In this document: one piece after another, positions 28,350-37,037 of the stretch
Position numbering within the stretch: the first letter of the stretch is position 1
Layout of the letters: each line of letters starts with the position of its first letter
Source: an uncultured delta proteobacterium
GTDB lineage: Bacteria > Myxococcota > Myxococcia > Myxococcales > Myxococcaceae
Direction of reading: 5' to 3'
NCBI GenBank assembly: GCA_963713045.1
Contig: CAVQKE010000003.1
Coordinates: 288,001-352,000 of the forward strand
DNA length: 64,000 bases
Notes under the pieces: model-generated
The model's database searches: none
What the model saw: only the letters and a program-made list of their open reading frames with translations
What the model was told of the DNA's origin: nothing
Made by a program: the position numbers and the translations under genes

Positions 28350-28829
28350 TCAGCGATTCCCAGCGGCCGTGAGCAACTGTGAAATCTCAGCCGCATGGTC
28401 GGTGTCATGCTCCAGAATCAGTTCGGCGACTCTTCGCAGCGTTGTCTTTCCCCTCCCCGCGAGGTGCCCCGTGCGTTCTAGGGCAACGCTGTCGAGAGTG
28501 CTGAGCGCTTCGATGTTGCGCTGACGGGCAGCCTCAAAGTCGCGGAGTGCCGTGTCGACATCCTGCGTGATGTAGTTGCGCTCAGCGGCTACTGCCGCGC
28601 CATCGAAATCGGGAAGCTTCGGGTCGTCCTCGCGGAGAATTCGCCGAATACGCACAGTGAATGCCTCTTCTTCGACATCGCGGAGGTGGCACGCGTGCTC
28701 AACCAGCGAGAATACTTTCCCGTCGGACGAGGGGCGGAAGCGCTCTCGCCCGACCAACTGGGTCGCCACCGCCCTCATTTGGCGAGGCATCTCTGCCAAA
28801 CGCTCAAGGATTTCCGTCGTCAACGGCAT
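28350..28829 (-). CDS. DinB family protein
   Basis: SLVEHACHLRDVE...EHDTDH metal-binding His pattern. Confidence 0.8.
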   Translation of the reverse strand: MPLTTEILERLAEMPRQMRAVATQLVGRERFRPSSDGKVFSLVEHACHLRDVEEEAFTVRIRRILREDDPKLPDFDGAAVAAERNYITQDVDTALRDFEAARQRNIEALSTLDSVALERTGHLAGRGKTTLRRVAELILEHDTDHAAEISQLLTAAGNR

Positions 28830-28983
28830 AATGCCAACCTCCTGTGCTGGGATGGACGCTCATTTCCTAAGCAGAAACCGCAAACTTTCGCGGCGTTCGC
28901 GGCTCACTCGAAGCGTCCCCAACGACGGGCGTCCTCCCCGCGCTTTCTAGGTCAGCGTGTTAAACCTCGGCCAGGTGGATTGC

Positions 28984-30480
28984 ATGAGCATCCAGCGGCC
29001 TCTGCTTGCTTGCTGCTTCATCGGCTTCGCACTCGGTTGTGGGCCTTCGCAGAGCACGAACGACGCGGGAGATAACAACCCGGGCTCCGACAGCGGGGTC
29101 GACGCTGGCACACCTTCCGACGCTGGCAAGCCCTCCGATGCCGGTATGCCCTCTGACGCCGGCACATCGGACGCAGGCCTCCCCGATGCTGGCACCGACG
29201 CAGGGCACGCAGTCAACGTGTGCGGCGCGGCGTCCGGCAGCCTTGCGTGGAGTGCGTCGATTCCGGCCGCGACGACAACCCTCGTCCCCACGGACATCGT
29301 CGCGGGCCCGACGACCAACGACGTGGTTGTTGGCGACATCCGCAGCGCGTCCACTTTTGAGCAATACCGTTGGGACTCCTCCGGCAATTTGCTTGGCACC
29401 CACCAGGATGCGAAGGGCGCCTACGCGGGGACTATGTTCCCAAGCAACCTGGTCATCGACGGGCAGAATGACCTCTTCTACGGCCTGGTCCTGACTGGCC
29501 TGCCTGAGGCTGCGAACACGGGCGCCTTGCTCACCTTCGAGAGGCTGGCACCGGATGGGACACCCGTCTTCAGCCAGCCAGAGCCCAATGCGCTGCCGAC
29601 GTCGAGTAGCCAACAGTCCGTCGAAGTTTTTCAGGCGGGCCACGACACCGGGGGAAACCTGCACGCAACCCTCAAGATGACGGGCGACACGCCGTACTTT
29701 CAGGCGGCGGTGTATTGCTGGGCGGCCGATGGAACCGACCTAGGCCCCTCCGCCCAGAGCCTGGCCGCCACCCTGTCGGCGTCGGACTTCCTCTGGCCCA
29801 GCCTCGACGCAAACCTTTACCTCGCTCAGTCACTCACCGCGTCCACCAGCGTTGGGTCTTCCCCGTCTTGCCCGGTGACGGTGCCGGCGGGTGGCGCGAC
29901 GGTGCTCGGAAAGTTTGGCGGTGGTGGCTCTTGTAGCTTTTGGACCCCCATAGTCCTGGCGCTACCGACTGCGGCAATCCAGCAGCGCGTCTTCCGGCAA
30001 GGTGCGGACGGTTCACTCTCGTTCGCTGTCGTCTATTCGGGGACCATCGACTTCGGCGGCGGCGCGCTGTCCAGCTCTGGGACCAACTCCCTCGCCCTCG
30101 CGCGATTTGACTCCGGGGGCAACCTCCAGTGGACGAAGAATTTTGGCGGAGCCGGGTCGAGCTTCAAGTTGGGCAGTTTGGACACCAACTCGAACGGCGT
30201 GACCATCCTAACTGCGGGGTACGTCGGTACGGTGAATCTGGGCGGCGGCGTCCTTCCCGCAAACGCTGACACCTTCCTCGCCGTGTTTGAGTCGACGGGT
30301 AGCTTGAAGTGGAGCAGACAGGTCACGGTGGGCTCCTCCGGCCAGCTGCTCGCGGCCGCCGGCCCGTGCGGACTGGTCCTCGCGACCAACAGTCCCAGCG
30401 TGGACTTGGGAAGCGGTCCGCTGTCGACCATCTCACCGCCATCGTCTGCAACCATCGGCGTGGCGGCGCTCGGGCTGTAA
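28984..30480 (+). CDS. Lipoprotein with DAG-repeat linker and beta-rich (propeller-like) repeats
   Basis: ALGC lipobox; DAG repeats; G.(I/V)(D/N)(F/L)GGG.L...FD..G.L.W repeats. Confidence 0.7.
   Translation: MSIQRPLLACCFIGFALGCGPSQSTNDAGDNNPGSDSGVDAGTPSDAGKPSDAGMPSDAGTSDAGLPDAGTDAGHAVNVCGAASGSLAWSASIPAATTTLVPTDIVAGPTTNDVVVGDIRSASTFEQYRWDSSGNLLGTHQDAKGAYAGTMFPSNLVIDGQNDLFYGLVLTGLPEAANTGALLTFERLAPDGTPVFSQPEPNALPTSSSQQSVEVFQAGHDTGGNLHATLKMTGDTPYFQAAVYCWAADGTDLGPSAQSLAATLSASDFLWPSLDANLYLAQSLTASTSVGSSPSCPVTVPAGGATVLGKFGGGGSCSFWTPIVLALPTAAIQQRVFRQGADGSLSFAVVYSGTIDFGGGALSSSGTNSLALARFDSGGNLQWTKNFGGAGSSFKLGSLDTNSNGVTILTAGYVGTVNLGGGVLPANADTFLAVFESTGSLKWSRQVTVGSSGQLLAAAGPCGLVLATNSPSVDLGSGPLSTISPPSSATIGVAALGL
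29101..29205 (+). repeat. Coding low-complexity DAG(x)PS tandem repeat
   Basis: DAGTPS-DAGKPS-DAGMPS-DAGTS-DAGLP-DAGT-DAG. Confidence 0.8.
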
Positions 30481-30621
30481 TTTCAAGAGGAATTGGAGGG
30501 CCTCCGCGGGGCGCCTGCTTTCCCGAAGCACAGCACCGAGCGCCGGGGGGCCGACTGGATTAGCGTGGTTTCACCGGGAGCCCTTTGCGCACTGCGGTTG
30601 ACGGCGGTCCGGGAGAAGCAG

Positions 30622-31554
30622 ATGAGCCTCATGTCATCCAGCACGCCCGAGGACCGGAACGAGGCAAGTCCGACCGTTGAGCTTGAACTAGACGGTCGGA
30701 AGCGAGACCTCGGTGACGGAGTCAGCGTCCGCCGAGTGCTCCCGTCCGTTGCTCGACGAACTGTCGGTCCGTTCATCTTCGTCGACCACATCGGACCGCT
30801 TCGCCTGCTGCCAGGACACGGGGTCGACGTCCGGCCTCACCCTCACATCAATCTTGCGACTGTCACCTTTCTCTTCGAAGGCGAGCTCTTGCACCGTGAC
30901 AGTCTCGGTTCGGAGCAGCCAATCCGGCCGGGAGACGTGAATTGGATGACGGCTGGCCGAGGCATCGTCCACTCTGAGCGGACGCCGAGGGCAGTCCGCA
31001 CATCCGGCCCTTCCATTCACGGGATGCAGCTCTGGGTTGCATTGCCACTCGCGGAGGAGGAAACCGCGCCGTCCTTTCAGCATCATCCGTCCACCACAAT
31101 CCCGACGCTCGACCGACCCGGCGCACGCCTTCGCATCATCGCGGGTTCTGCCGATGGGCAGACGTCACCGGTCAGCGTCCTTTCGCCGCTGTTCTACGTG
31201 GAGGCGCAGCTCGACGAATGGGCAGTGCTGCCGTTACCGGATGAGCACCGCGAACGCGCGGTCTACGTCGTGAGCGGCGCCCTTTCCATCGATGGAAAGC
31301 CATACGGCGAGGGCCGCATGCTGGTGTTTCGTGAAGGGACGGCAGCTCGCGTTCAGGCACTTGAGCCCTCGCGGCTCCTCGTTCTCGGCGGAGCGCCGCT
31401 CGACGGCGAGCGCCACATTTGGTGGAACTTTGTCTCCAGCTCGCTCGAGCGTATCGAGCGAGCAAAGGACGACTGGCGAAAGGGTCGTTTCCCGAAGGTC
31501 CCCGGCGACGAGACGGAGTTTACTCCGCTGCCGGACTCCCACGAGACGAGGTGA
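30622..31554 (+). CDS. Pirin family protein
   Basis: GPFIFVDH, HPH, HRDSLG, MTAGRGIVHSE, QLW, WWNFV. Confidence 0.93.
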   Translation: MSLMSSSTPEDRNEASPTVELELDGRKRDLGDGVSVRRVLPSVARRTVGPFIFVDHIGPLRLLPGHGVDVRPHPHINLATVTFLFEGELLHRDSLGSEQPIRPGDVNWMTAGRGIVHSERTPRAVRTSGPSIHGMQLWVALPLAEEETAPSFQHHPSTTIPTLDRPGARLRIIAGSADGQTSPVSVLSPLFYVEAQLDEWAVLPLPDEHRERAVYVVSGALSIDGKPYGEGRMLVFREGTAARVQALEPSRLLVLGGAPLDGERHIWWNFVSSSLERIERAKDDWRKGRFPKVPGDETEFTPLPDSHETR

Positions 31555-31557
31555 GAC

Positions 31558-31953
31558 ATGGCACTCATTGCGGGTACCACCGTTGACAGTGATTCGAAAT
31601 ACGCGCAGACGATTCAAGCCACGGGCCATCAGTTGACCGCAGACGAGCCAATCTCCGCGGGCGGAACCGATACTGGCCCAAGACCCTACGGCCTTTTGCT
31701 TGCGGCGCTCGGGGCCTGCACGTCCATCACGCTCCGGATGTATTCCGAACGGAAGGAATGGCAACTTGGCCACATTCATGTCGGTCTGCGACTGGTGCGG
31801 ACAAGCGACGGCGCCGAGCACATCGAACGTGATGTGAGCTTCAGCGCACCATTGAGCGACGAGCAACGCACTCGTCTTGCTGAAATCGCCGAGAAGACCC
31901 CCGTCACTCGGACCATCAAGGCCGGCGCACCGATTCAGACGCGCCTATTGTGA
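31558..31953 (+). CDS. OsmC family protein
   Basis: ADEP...GG.D.GP.P...ALGACTSITLRMY; second Cys replaced (KTPV). Confidence 0.9.
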   Translation: MALIAGTTVDSDSKYAQTIQATGHQLTADEPISAGGTDTGPRPYGLLLAALGACTSITLRMYSERKEWQLGHIHVGLRLVRTSDGAEHIERDVSFSAPLSDEQRTRLAEIAEKTPVTRTIKAGAPIQTRLL

Positions 31954-32007
31954 CACCCCAAGACGGAGGTCGGGCGGGCCCCCGCCGAGGCTCGACCCCT
32001 TCGACAT

Positions 32008-32256
32008 TCATTCGGCGATTCCCAACAGTTGCGCGAACCGTTTGGGTTGGTAGCCTTCGACGGTCTCATCACCAATTCGAACGTACGGGAAGCCGTTGAC
32101 GCCGGCAGCATTCAGCTCCCGCATGATTTTCGCCTGCGTGGCCTCATCGGCGAGGTCGTAATCCGTGGAGTCGAATTGGACGCGATGTTCTGTGAACCAC
32201 TTCTTCGTTTTCATACACCACGGACACGTTGAGAGCGCGTACATGTAGACTTTCAT
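32008..32256 (-). CDS. Glutaredoxin/NrdH-redoxin family protein (paralog of 1714-1959)
   Basis: LSTCPWC, DYDLADEATQ, NGFP; GAGGAG SD. Confidence 0.9.
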   Translation of the reverse strand: MKVYMYALSTCPWCMKTKKWFTEHRVQFDSTDYDLADEATQAKIMRELNAAGVNGFPYVRIGDETVEGYQPKRFAQLLGIAE

Positions 32257-32410
32257 GACATCTCCTCTCAGCTCTCGCTGACCTAAACTCTGCCCGATTC
32301 AGATTTGGCGAGGTAGAGCACAAAGACAACCTCGGGTGCAGAAAGGAACCTGCCCGTCCGGATGTCGAAGCCCCATTCGCGCGATTAGCAGCGGAGGGCT
32401 TACTAGACGC

Positions 32411-32968
32411 CTAGAGGGTCCCAGAAAAGCGATCCGCAAAGTACGCGCTGACGGCAGCTGCATCACGCGCGGAGGTCAGGAAACGCGTGAATGCATTGCG
32501 CTCGTGCCAGACAATCCCCAGCTCCCAGACGCAATAGGTGGGTAGATGGCCGGTGCGTTCATACACCCGGTAGGGGCCATTCTTTGGCAGGTCCTTCAGA
32601 TACACCGTCTCCCAAATCTCGTTGCAGTTGCGCCATGTGTTGACGATGAGCATGCCGACGTTGCTCGCGGCGCCGGCGATGTGGAGGATGACGAAGCCCA
32701 TTGTGCTGCCGAAGTCGATGCGCTTCGCCAAGACGTCAGCACGGACCCGCTCACGACTCTCGCGCCCAAGCGCATCCGAGATGCCAAAGCCCTCGGGAAC
32801 GAGGTCGTACCACTTCAAGTTGACGCCCGGCAGCACGAGGTTTTCTCTTGGCAGCGCGAGCTTTGGCCGGTGGCGGTACTCGACGGGAACTGGATCCTCC
32901 GGTTGGTAGGCCATGGTCAGAGGGTCTCCAGACGCCCGTACGACGTCAAGCACCGCGGCCATTGGCAC
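32411..32968 (-). CDS. Hypothetical protein
   Basis: Protein-like sequence with KWY, GFVILH, NEIWETVY and CVWELGIVWHER motifs. Start uncertain. Confidence 0.7.
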   Translation of the reverse strand: MPMAAVLDVVRASGDPLTMAYQPEDPVPVEYRHRPKLALPRENLVLPGVNLKWYDLVPEGFGISDALGRESRERVRADVLAKRIDFGSTMGFVILHIAGAASNVGMLIVNTWRNCNEIWETVYLKDLPKNGPYRVYERTGHLPTYCVWELGIVWHERNAFTRFLTSARDAAAVSAYFADRFSGTL

Positions 32969-33060
32969 CTACCCTCTCGGCCGGTCCCTGGTGGCGCTCA
33001 AAACCTTGAACCTTTTCTCGGCTCAGGGTAGTGCGCGCCAGCAAGACCTGGCTTCCCCCG

Positions 33061-34062
33061 ATGACTTCGACCGGCCCGTCTCCATCACGGAGTGTCTCTC
33101 AGAAGGTGCTCGCGCCGCTGACCCGCGCTGCCATCTTCCTCGTCCTCACCATCACCTCTCGCGATGGCAGCTTGGGGACGGTGCGCTCGTTGTGCGCGGA
33201 CCTAGCGGCGCTGCTGCGTTCAGTCGGGTTTCGCGAGGCAGCGGGGAACCTCTCCTGCGTGATGGGAATCGGTTCCGATGCGTGGGACGGACTGTTCGGC
33301 CGTCCACGACCCGCCGAATTGCACCCGTTCCGCGAAATCCGAAGCGGGTCCCGCCATGCGGTGGCCACGCCTGGAGACTTGCTGTTCCACATCCGCGCCG
33401 AACGAATGGACCTCTGTTTCGAGCTGGCGACCCAAATTCTAGCTCGCCTCGGCGATGCGGTTTCGCCGGCAGATGAGGTGCACGGGTTTCGCTCGTTTGA
33501 TGCCCGGGACCTGCTCGGCTTCGTTGATGGAACCGAAAACCCCACTGGCCAGGAGGCCGCCGACGCCACGCTGGTCGGCGAGGAAGACGGTGACTTCACG
33601 GGCGGCAGCTACGTGATTGTGCAGAAATATCTGCACGACCTCCAGGGCTGGAATGCCTTGTCCACGGAGGTGCAGGAGCGCATCGTCGGCCGTACCAAGC
33701 TGAGTGACATCGAGCTGAGCGACGCCGCGAAACCCAGCTACGCCCACAATGCGTTGACCACAATCGTGGAGGACGGCGAGGAGAAGAAGATTCTGCGCGA
33801 CAACATGCCGTTTGGTCACGTCGCGCAGGGCGAGTTTGGCACCTATTTCATCGGCTACGCCCGCTCGCCACGAATCATCGAGCGAATGCTGCAGAACATG
33901 TTCATCGGACAACCGCCCGGGAATTACGACCGGTTGCTCGATGTCAGCCGACCAGTGTCAGGCACCCTATTCTTTGTGCCGTCGGGGAGTTTCCTCGACA
34001 GTCCGCCCCTCCCCTCCGACGCACCCATCTCCGGTTCATCGGCCAAGTCCGGAGCACCCTAG
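33061..34062 (+). CDS. Dyp-type peroxidase (class B-like)
   Basis: GFVDGTEN, VQKY.HDL, GRTK, HNALT, ILRDNMPFG, YDRLLD. Confidence 0.93.
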   Translation: MTSTGPSPSRSVSQKVLAPLTRAAIFLVLTITSRDGSLGTVRSLCADLAALLRSVGFREAAGNLSCVMGIGSDAWDGLFGRPRPAELHPFREIRSGSRHAVATPGDLLFHIRAERMDLCFELATQILARLGDAVSPADEVHGFRSFDARDLLGFVDGTENPTGQEAADATLVGEEDGDFTGGSYVIVQKYLHDLQGWNALSTEVQERIVGRTKLSDIELSDAAKPSYAHNALTTIVEDGEEKKILRDNMPFGHVAQGEFGTYFIGYARSPRIIERMLQNMFIGQPPGNYDRLLDVSRPVSGTLFFVPSGSFLDSPPLPSDAPISGSSAKSGAP

Positions 34063-34151
34063 GCCAGTGGCGAAGTTGGGCTGGGTCCTGACTCCGCTGG
34101 CCAGCGGACGACGCCATCGTCAAAGGCGTCCGGTGCAACGTTGAACCGCGG

Positions 34152-34613
34152 CTACTGAATCTCGCCCCGAATCTCCCCGGGCTTGCACGCGGCTGTGTGC
34201 ACATTCACGTAAGCAGCTCCTCCAGCCCGGAGAGCGACGACGAAGGCCGCAAAATCTGGGGGCGCCCCCGCTGCCGCGACGTAATCGGCTGCGGTAAAGG
34301 TTTTCGAGAACGGGGATGCCAGAGGGGGGGAGAACGGCAGGACGACAGGGCCGGCAACGCCAGATGGGCCGAAGTGGATATGGGACGCCGTTGGGGCGCC
34401 TGAAAGGCCGGAATACGTCACTGTCGCGGTGACCGATGAGCCGTCAGCAGCCACGAGGATAGTCGCCACGCCAGTGGCGTTCGGACCCGCAGCTGGGCAG
34501 TCTTTGGTTAACGGGACATTGAAAGTCTTCGATTCAGCGGTTGCCGCCTTCTCGGTGGCGCAGGCCGAGAGTACCGACAACCCGATGCAGGTCAGCAGGC
34601 GAGTCGTCCACAT
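34152..34613 (-). CDS. CHRD-domain lipoprotein
   Basis: LSAC lipobox, SHIH, YVNVHT...PGEIRG. Confidence 0.88.
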   Translation of the reverse strand: MWTTRLLTCIGLSVLSACATEKAATAESKTFNVPLTKDCPAAGPNATGVATILVAADGSSVTATVTYSGLSGAPTASHIHFGPSGVAGPVVLPFSPPLASPFSKTFTAADYVAAAGAPPDFAAFVVALRAGGAAYVNVHTAACKPGEIRGEIQ

Positions 34614-34936
34614 GTCTTTGCCTCCCCGTTGGCCGGCGCACTCCTGCGCCGGCTGTTCATGTGACCCACCTACCTGACTGCCCAGGGCAGCGTCCAGCCG
34701 TCACCGGTTTGGTGAGGGCCTCCACAACGAAGCGGGTGAAACCGTAGGCCGGAAGCGTGAGGGCCCGCTGTCAAGGTTGCCACCCCGGACGCACGTTCGG
34801 CGCATGACGCTGGCGGCCCCGCCGAAGGCAGGTGTGATAGTGACGTTGTTGCTGCCCAGCTTCGGCGACGGCTCAACGGTTTCTTGTTGGACTGCTGTCG
34901 AACAAACCTTGTCGAAGGCCGACGACTTCTCGCGCG

Positions 34937-36538
34937 ATGAGTGTGGATGCCGCGACCCCCTTCTCCGACTTTGCACAGGTGGTGTCGCGCCTCGCCGCGA
35001 CGTCGAAGAGGCTGGAGAAGCGGCGCATCGCCGCCGAGTTTGTTCGGAAGCTCGGCCGCGAGGAGATTGCGCCTGCTGTTCTCTTCCTGACAGGAAGCAT
35101 TTTCGCGGAAACGGACGCCCGAGCCCTGAACGTCGGGTACGCCATGGTTCACAATGCGGTAGCGCTGGCCCAGAAACTGCCAGCGCCCACACGCCCTCTC
35201 AGCTTGCTGGAAGTGCAGAAGCAGCTGCACGCAATTGCCGACGTCCACGGCGCCGACGCAACGCAGAGACGGCAGGCGCTTCTTCAGCAACTGATGGCCC
35301 GGTCGACGCCTGAGGAGCGCGAGGTGCTCGTGCGGGGACTGTCCGGTGAGATGCGCATTGGCCTGAACGAGAGCGGGATGCTCGACGCACTCTCAGAAGC
35401 CTCCGGAATCCCAGCGCCCGATGTACGAAACGCTCAGATGTTTCTTGGAGATTTGGGACGCGTGGCGGAGTTGGCGCTCTACCACGGAGGCGACGCGATT
35501 CGCGCCGTGGGCGTTCGGCTCCTTTCCCCGGTTAAGCCGATGCTGGCGGAAATTGCCCGCGACCCGGCGGAAGTGCTTGTCGAGCACGGCGGGAAGACGG
35601 CCGTCGAGTACAAAATGGACGGGGCCCGGGTACAGATTCACCGACTACACGACGAGGTGCGCGTTTTCAGCCGTCGCCTGAGCGACGTCACGGCAGGGCT
35701 TCCGGAGATTGCCGAGGTGACACGGGCCATTCCTGCCCAGGCCCTCATCGTGGAAGGCGAGCTCCTTGCCGTCGACAGCGCTGGTCGACCGCTCCCGTTT
35801 CAAGAGCTGATGCGCCGCTTTCGGCGTGTCCACGAAATCGAAGCTCATCGAAGAAAGATGCTCCTTGAGCTGCGCCTCTTTGACCTGCTGCAGCTGGACG
35901 GCAAGCTCCTCATGGACTTGCCCTACGAGGAACGCTTCGCCGCGCTCGAGAAACTCGTCCCCAAGAAGCTGCTGGTCGAGCGACGCGTCGTCACGTCGAG
36001 CGAGGAGATATCAACTTTTCTAACGCAGGCCATCGAAGCGGGTCACGAAGGGCTGATGGCAAAACGCCTCGACGCCCCCTACACGGCCGGGAAACGCGGG
36101 AAGAACTGGCTCAAGCTCAAGCCCGCCGACACGCTGGACGTCGTCCTGCTGGCCGCTGAATGGGGCCACGGCCGGCGGCGAGGCTCGCTCAGCAACTACT
36201 GGCTCGGGGTTCGCGACGGTGACCAATGGCAGATGATTGGCAAGACTTTCAAAGGGCTCACCGATGCAGAGCGGTTGGAGCTGATGCAGCGCCTGCTCGC
36301 CCTCAAAGTGTCGGAGGAGCCCGGGGTGGTGCACGTCAAGCCGGAACTCGTTGTTGAGGTGACCTACAACGACGTGCAGAAAAGCCCCACCTACAGTTCC
36401 GGCTTTGCGCTCAGGTTTGCGCGGGTCACGCGGATTCGGAGCGACAAGGGACCTTTGGAGGCGGACACCTACCAACGCCTCAAGACTCTCTACGAGAAGC
36501 AGTTCGAGCGGAAAGGCCGCGCGTCCGACGAGCTTTGA
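34937..36538 (+). CDS. ATP-dependent DNA ligase (LigB/archaeal-like: DBD + adenylation + OB)
   Basis: EYKMDG (motif I), VEGE, LFDLL, EGLMAK, WLKLK, LRFAR..R.DK. Confidence 0.93.
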   Translation: MSVDAATPFSDFAQVVSRLAATSKRLEKRRIAAEFVRKLGREEIAPAVLFLTGSIFAETDARALNVGYAMVHNAVALAQKLPAPTRPLSLLEVQKQLHAIADVHGADATQRRQALLQQLMARSTPEEREVLVRGLSGEMRIGLNESGMLDALSEASGIPAPDVRNAQMFLGDLGRVAELALYHGGDAIRAVGVRLLSPVKPMLAEIARDPAEVLVEHGGKTAVEYKMDGARVQIHRLHDEVRVFSRRLSDVTAGLPEIAEVTRAIPAQALIVEGELLAVDSAGRPLPFQELMRRFRRVHEIEAHRRKMLLELRLFDLLQLDGKLLMDLPYEERFAALEKLVPKKLLVERRVVTSSEEISTFLTQAIEAGHEGLMAKRLDAPYTAGKRGKNWLKLKPADTLDVVLLAAEWGHGRRRGSLSNYWLGVRDGDQWQMIGKTFKGLTDAERLELMQRLLALKVSEEPGVVHVKPELVVEVTYNDVQKSPTYSSGFALRFARVTRIRSDKGPLEADTYQRLKTLYEKQFERKGRASDEL

Positions 36539-36540
36539 CC

Positions 36541-36605
36541 CGCCCGTCCTGGGGAAACGCGCACCGGTCGCGGTTGCCTGGCTTCTGGGCGCCCCAAGAC
36601 GGGCG
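36541..36605. terminator. Long inverted repeat directly after the ligase stop
   Basis: CGCCCGTCCTGGGG (36541-36554) pairs with CCCCAAGACGGGCG (36592-36605), 13/14. Confidence 0.45.
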
Positions 36606-37037
36606 TCTACCCATCGGACGCCGGCGTTCGGACGTTGACTCGGCGTTGCGCAGGACCAGCTGACATCTGCGCAGGTGCTCGCACTTCGACGGCGAATGGC
36701 GAGGCTGGGCAGAAGATGGGATGCCAAGCGCCGACGATGGCGCACTCCGGTTCCACTCAAAGGCGATGTACGGCCGGGTTATCCGACGTCGGCTTGCGAT
36801 GGGTGAGGCGGTGGCCCGGTCCACGGGCGCGCGCCGCCCCCCACCGAAAGTCAACTGAGGTTTCAGGGTCACCGACGACCGCAAAGAGCCGAAGAAATGG
36901 CAGCGACTCGCTGAGCGTGTCCTCTCTTCAAGGGTTAACGCACTCCTTCCCATGTTGAACAAAAGAAGACTGGGGACGTCAGGGCTCCAGGTTTCCGGAT
37001 GGCCAGAGCCGGATGTAGCATTCTTAAGTGAAAGGCT

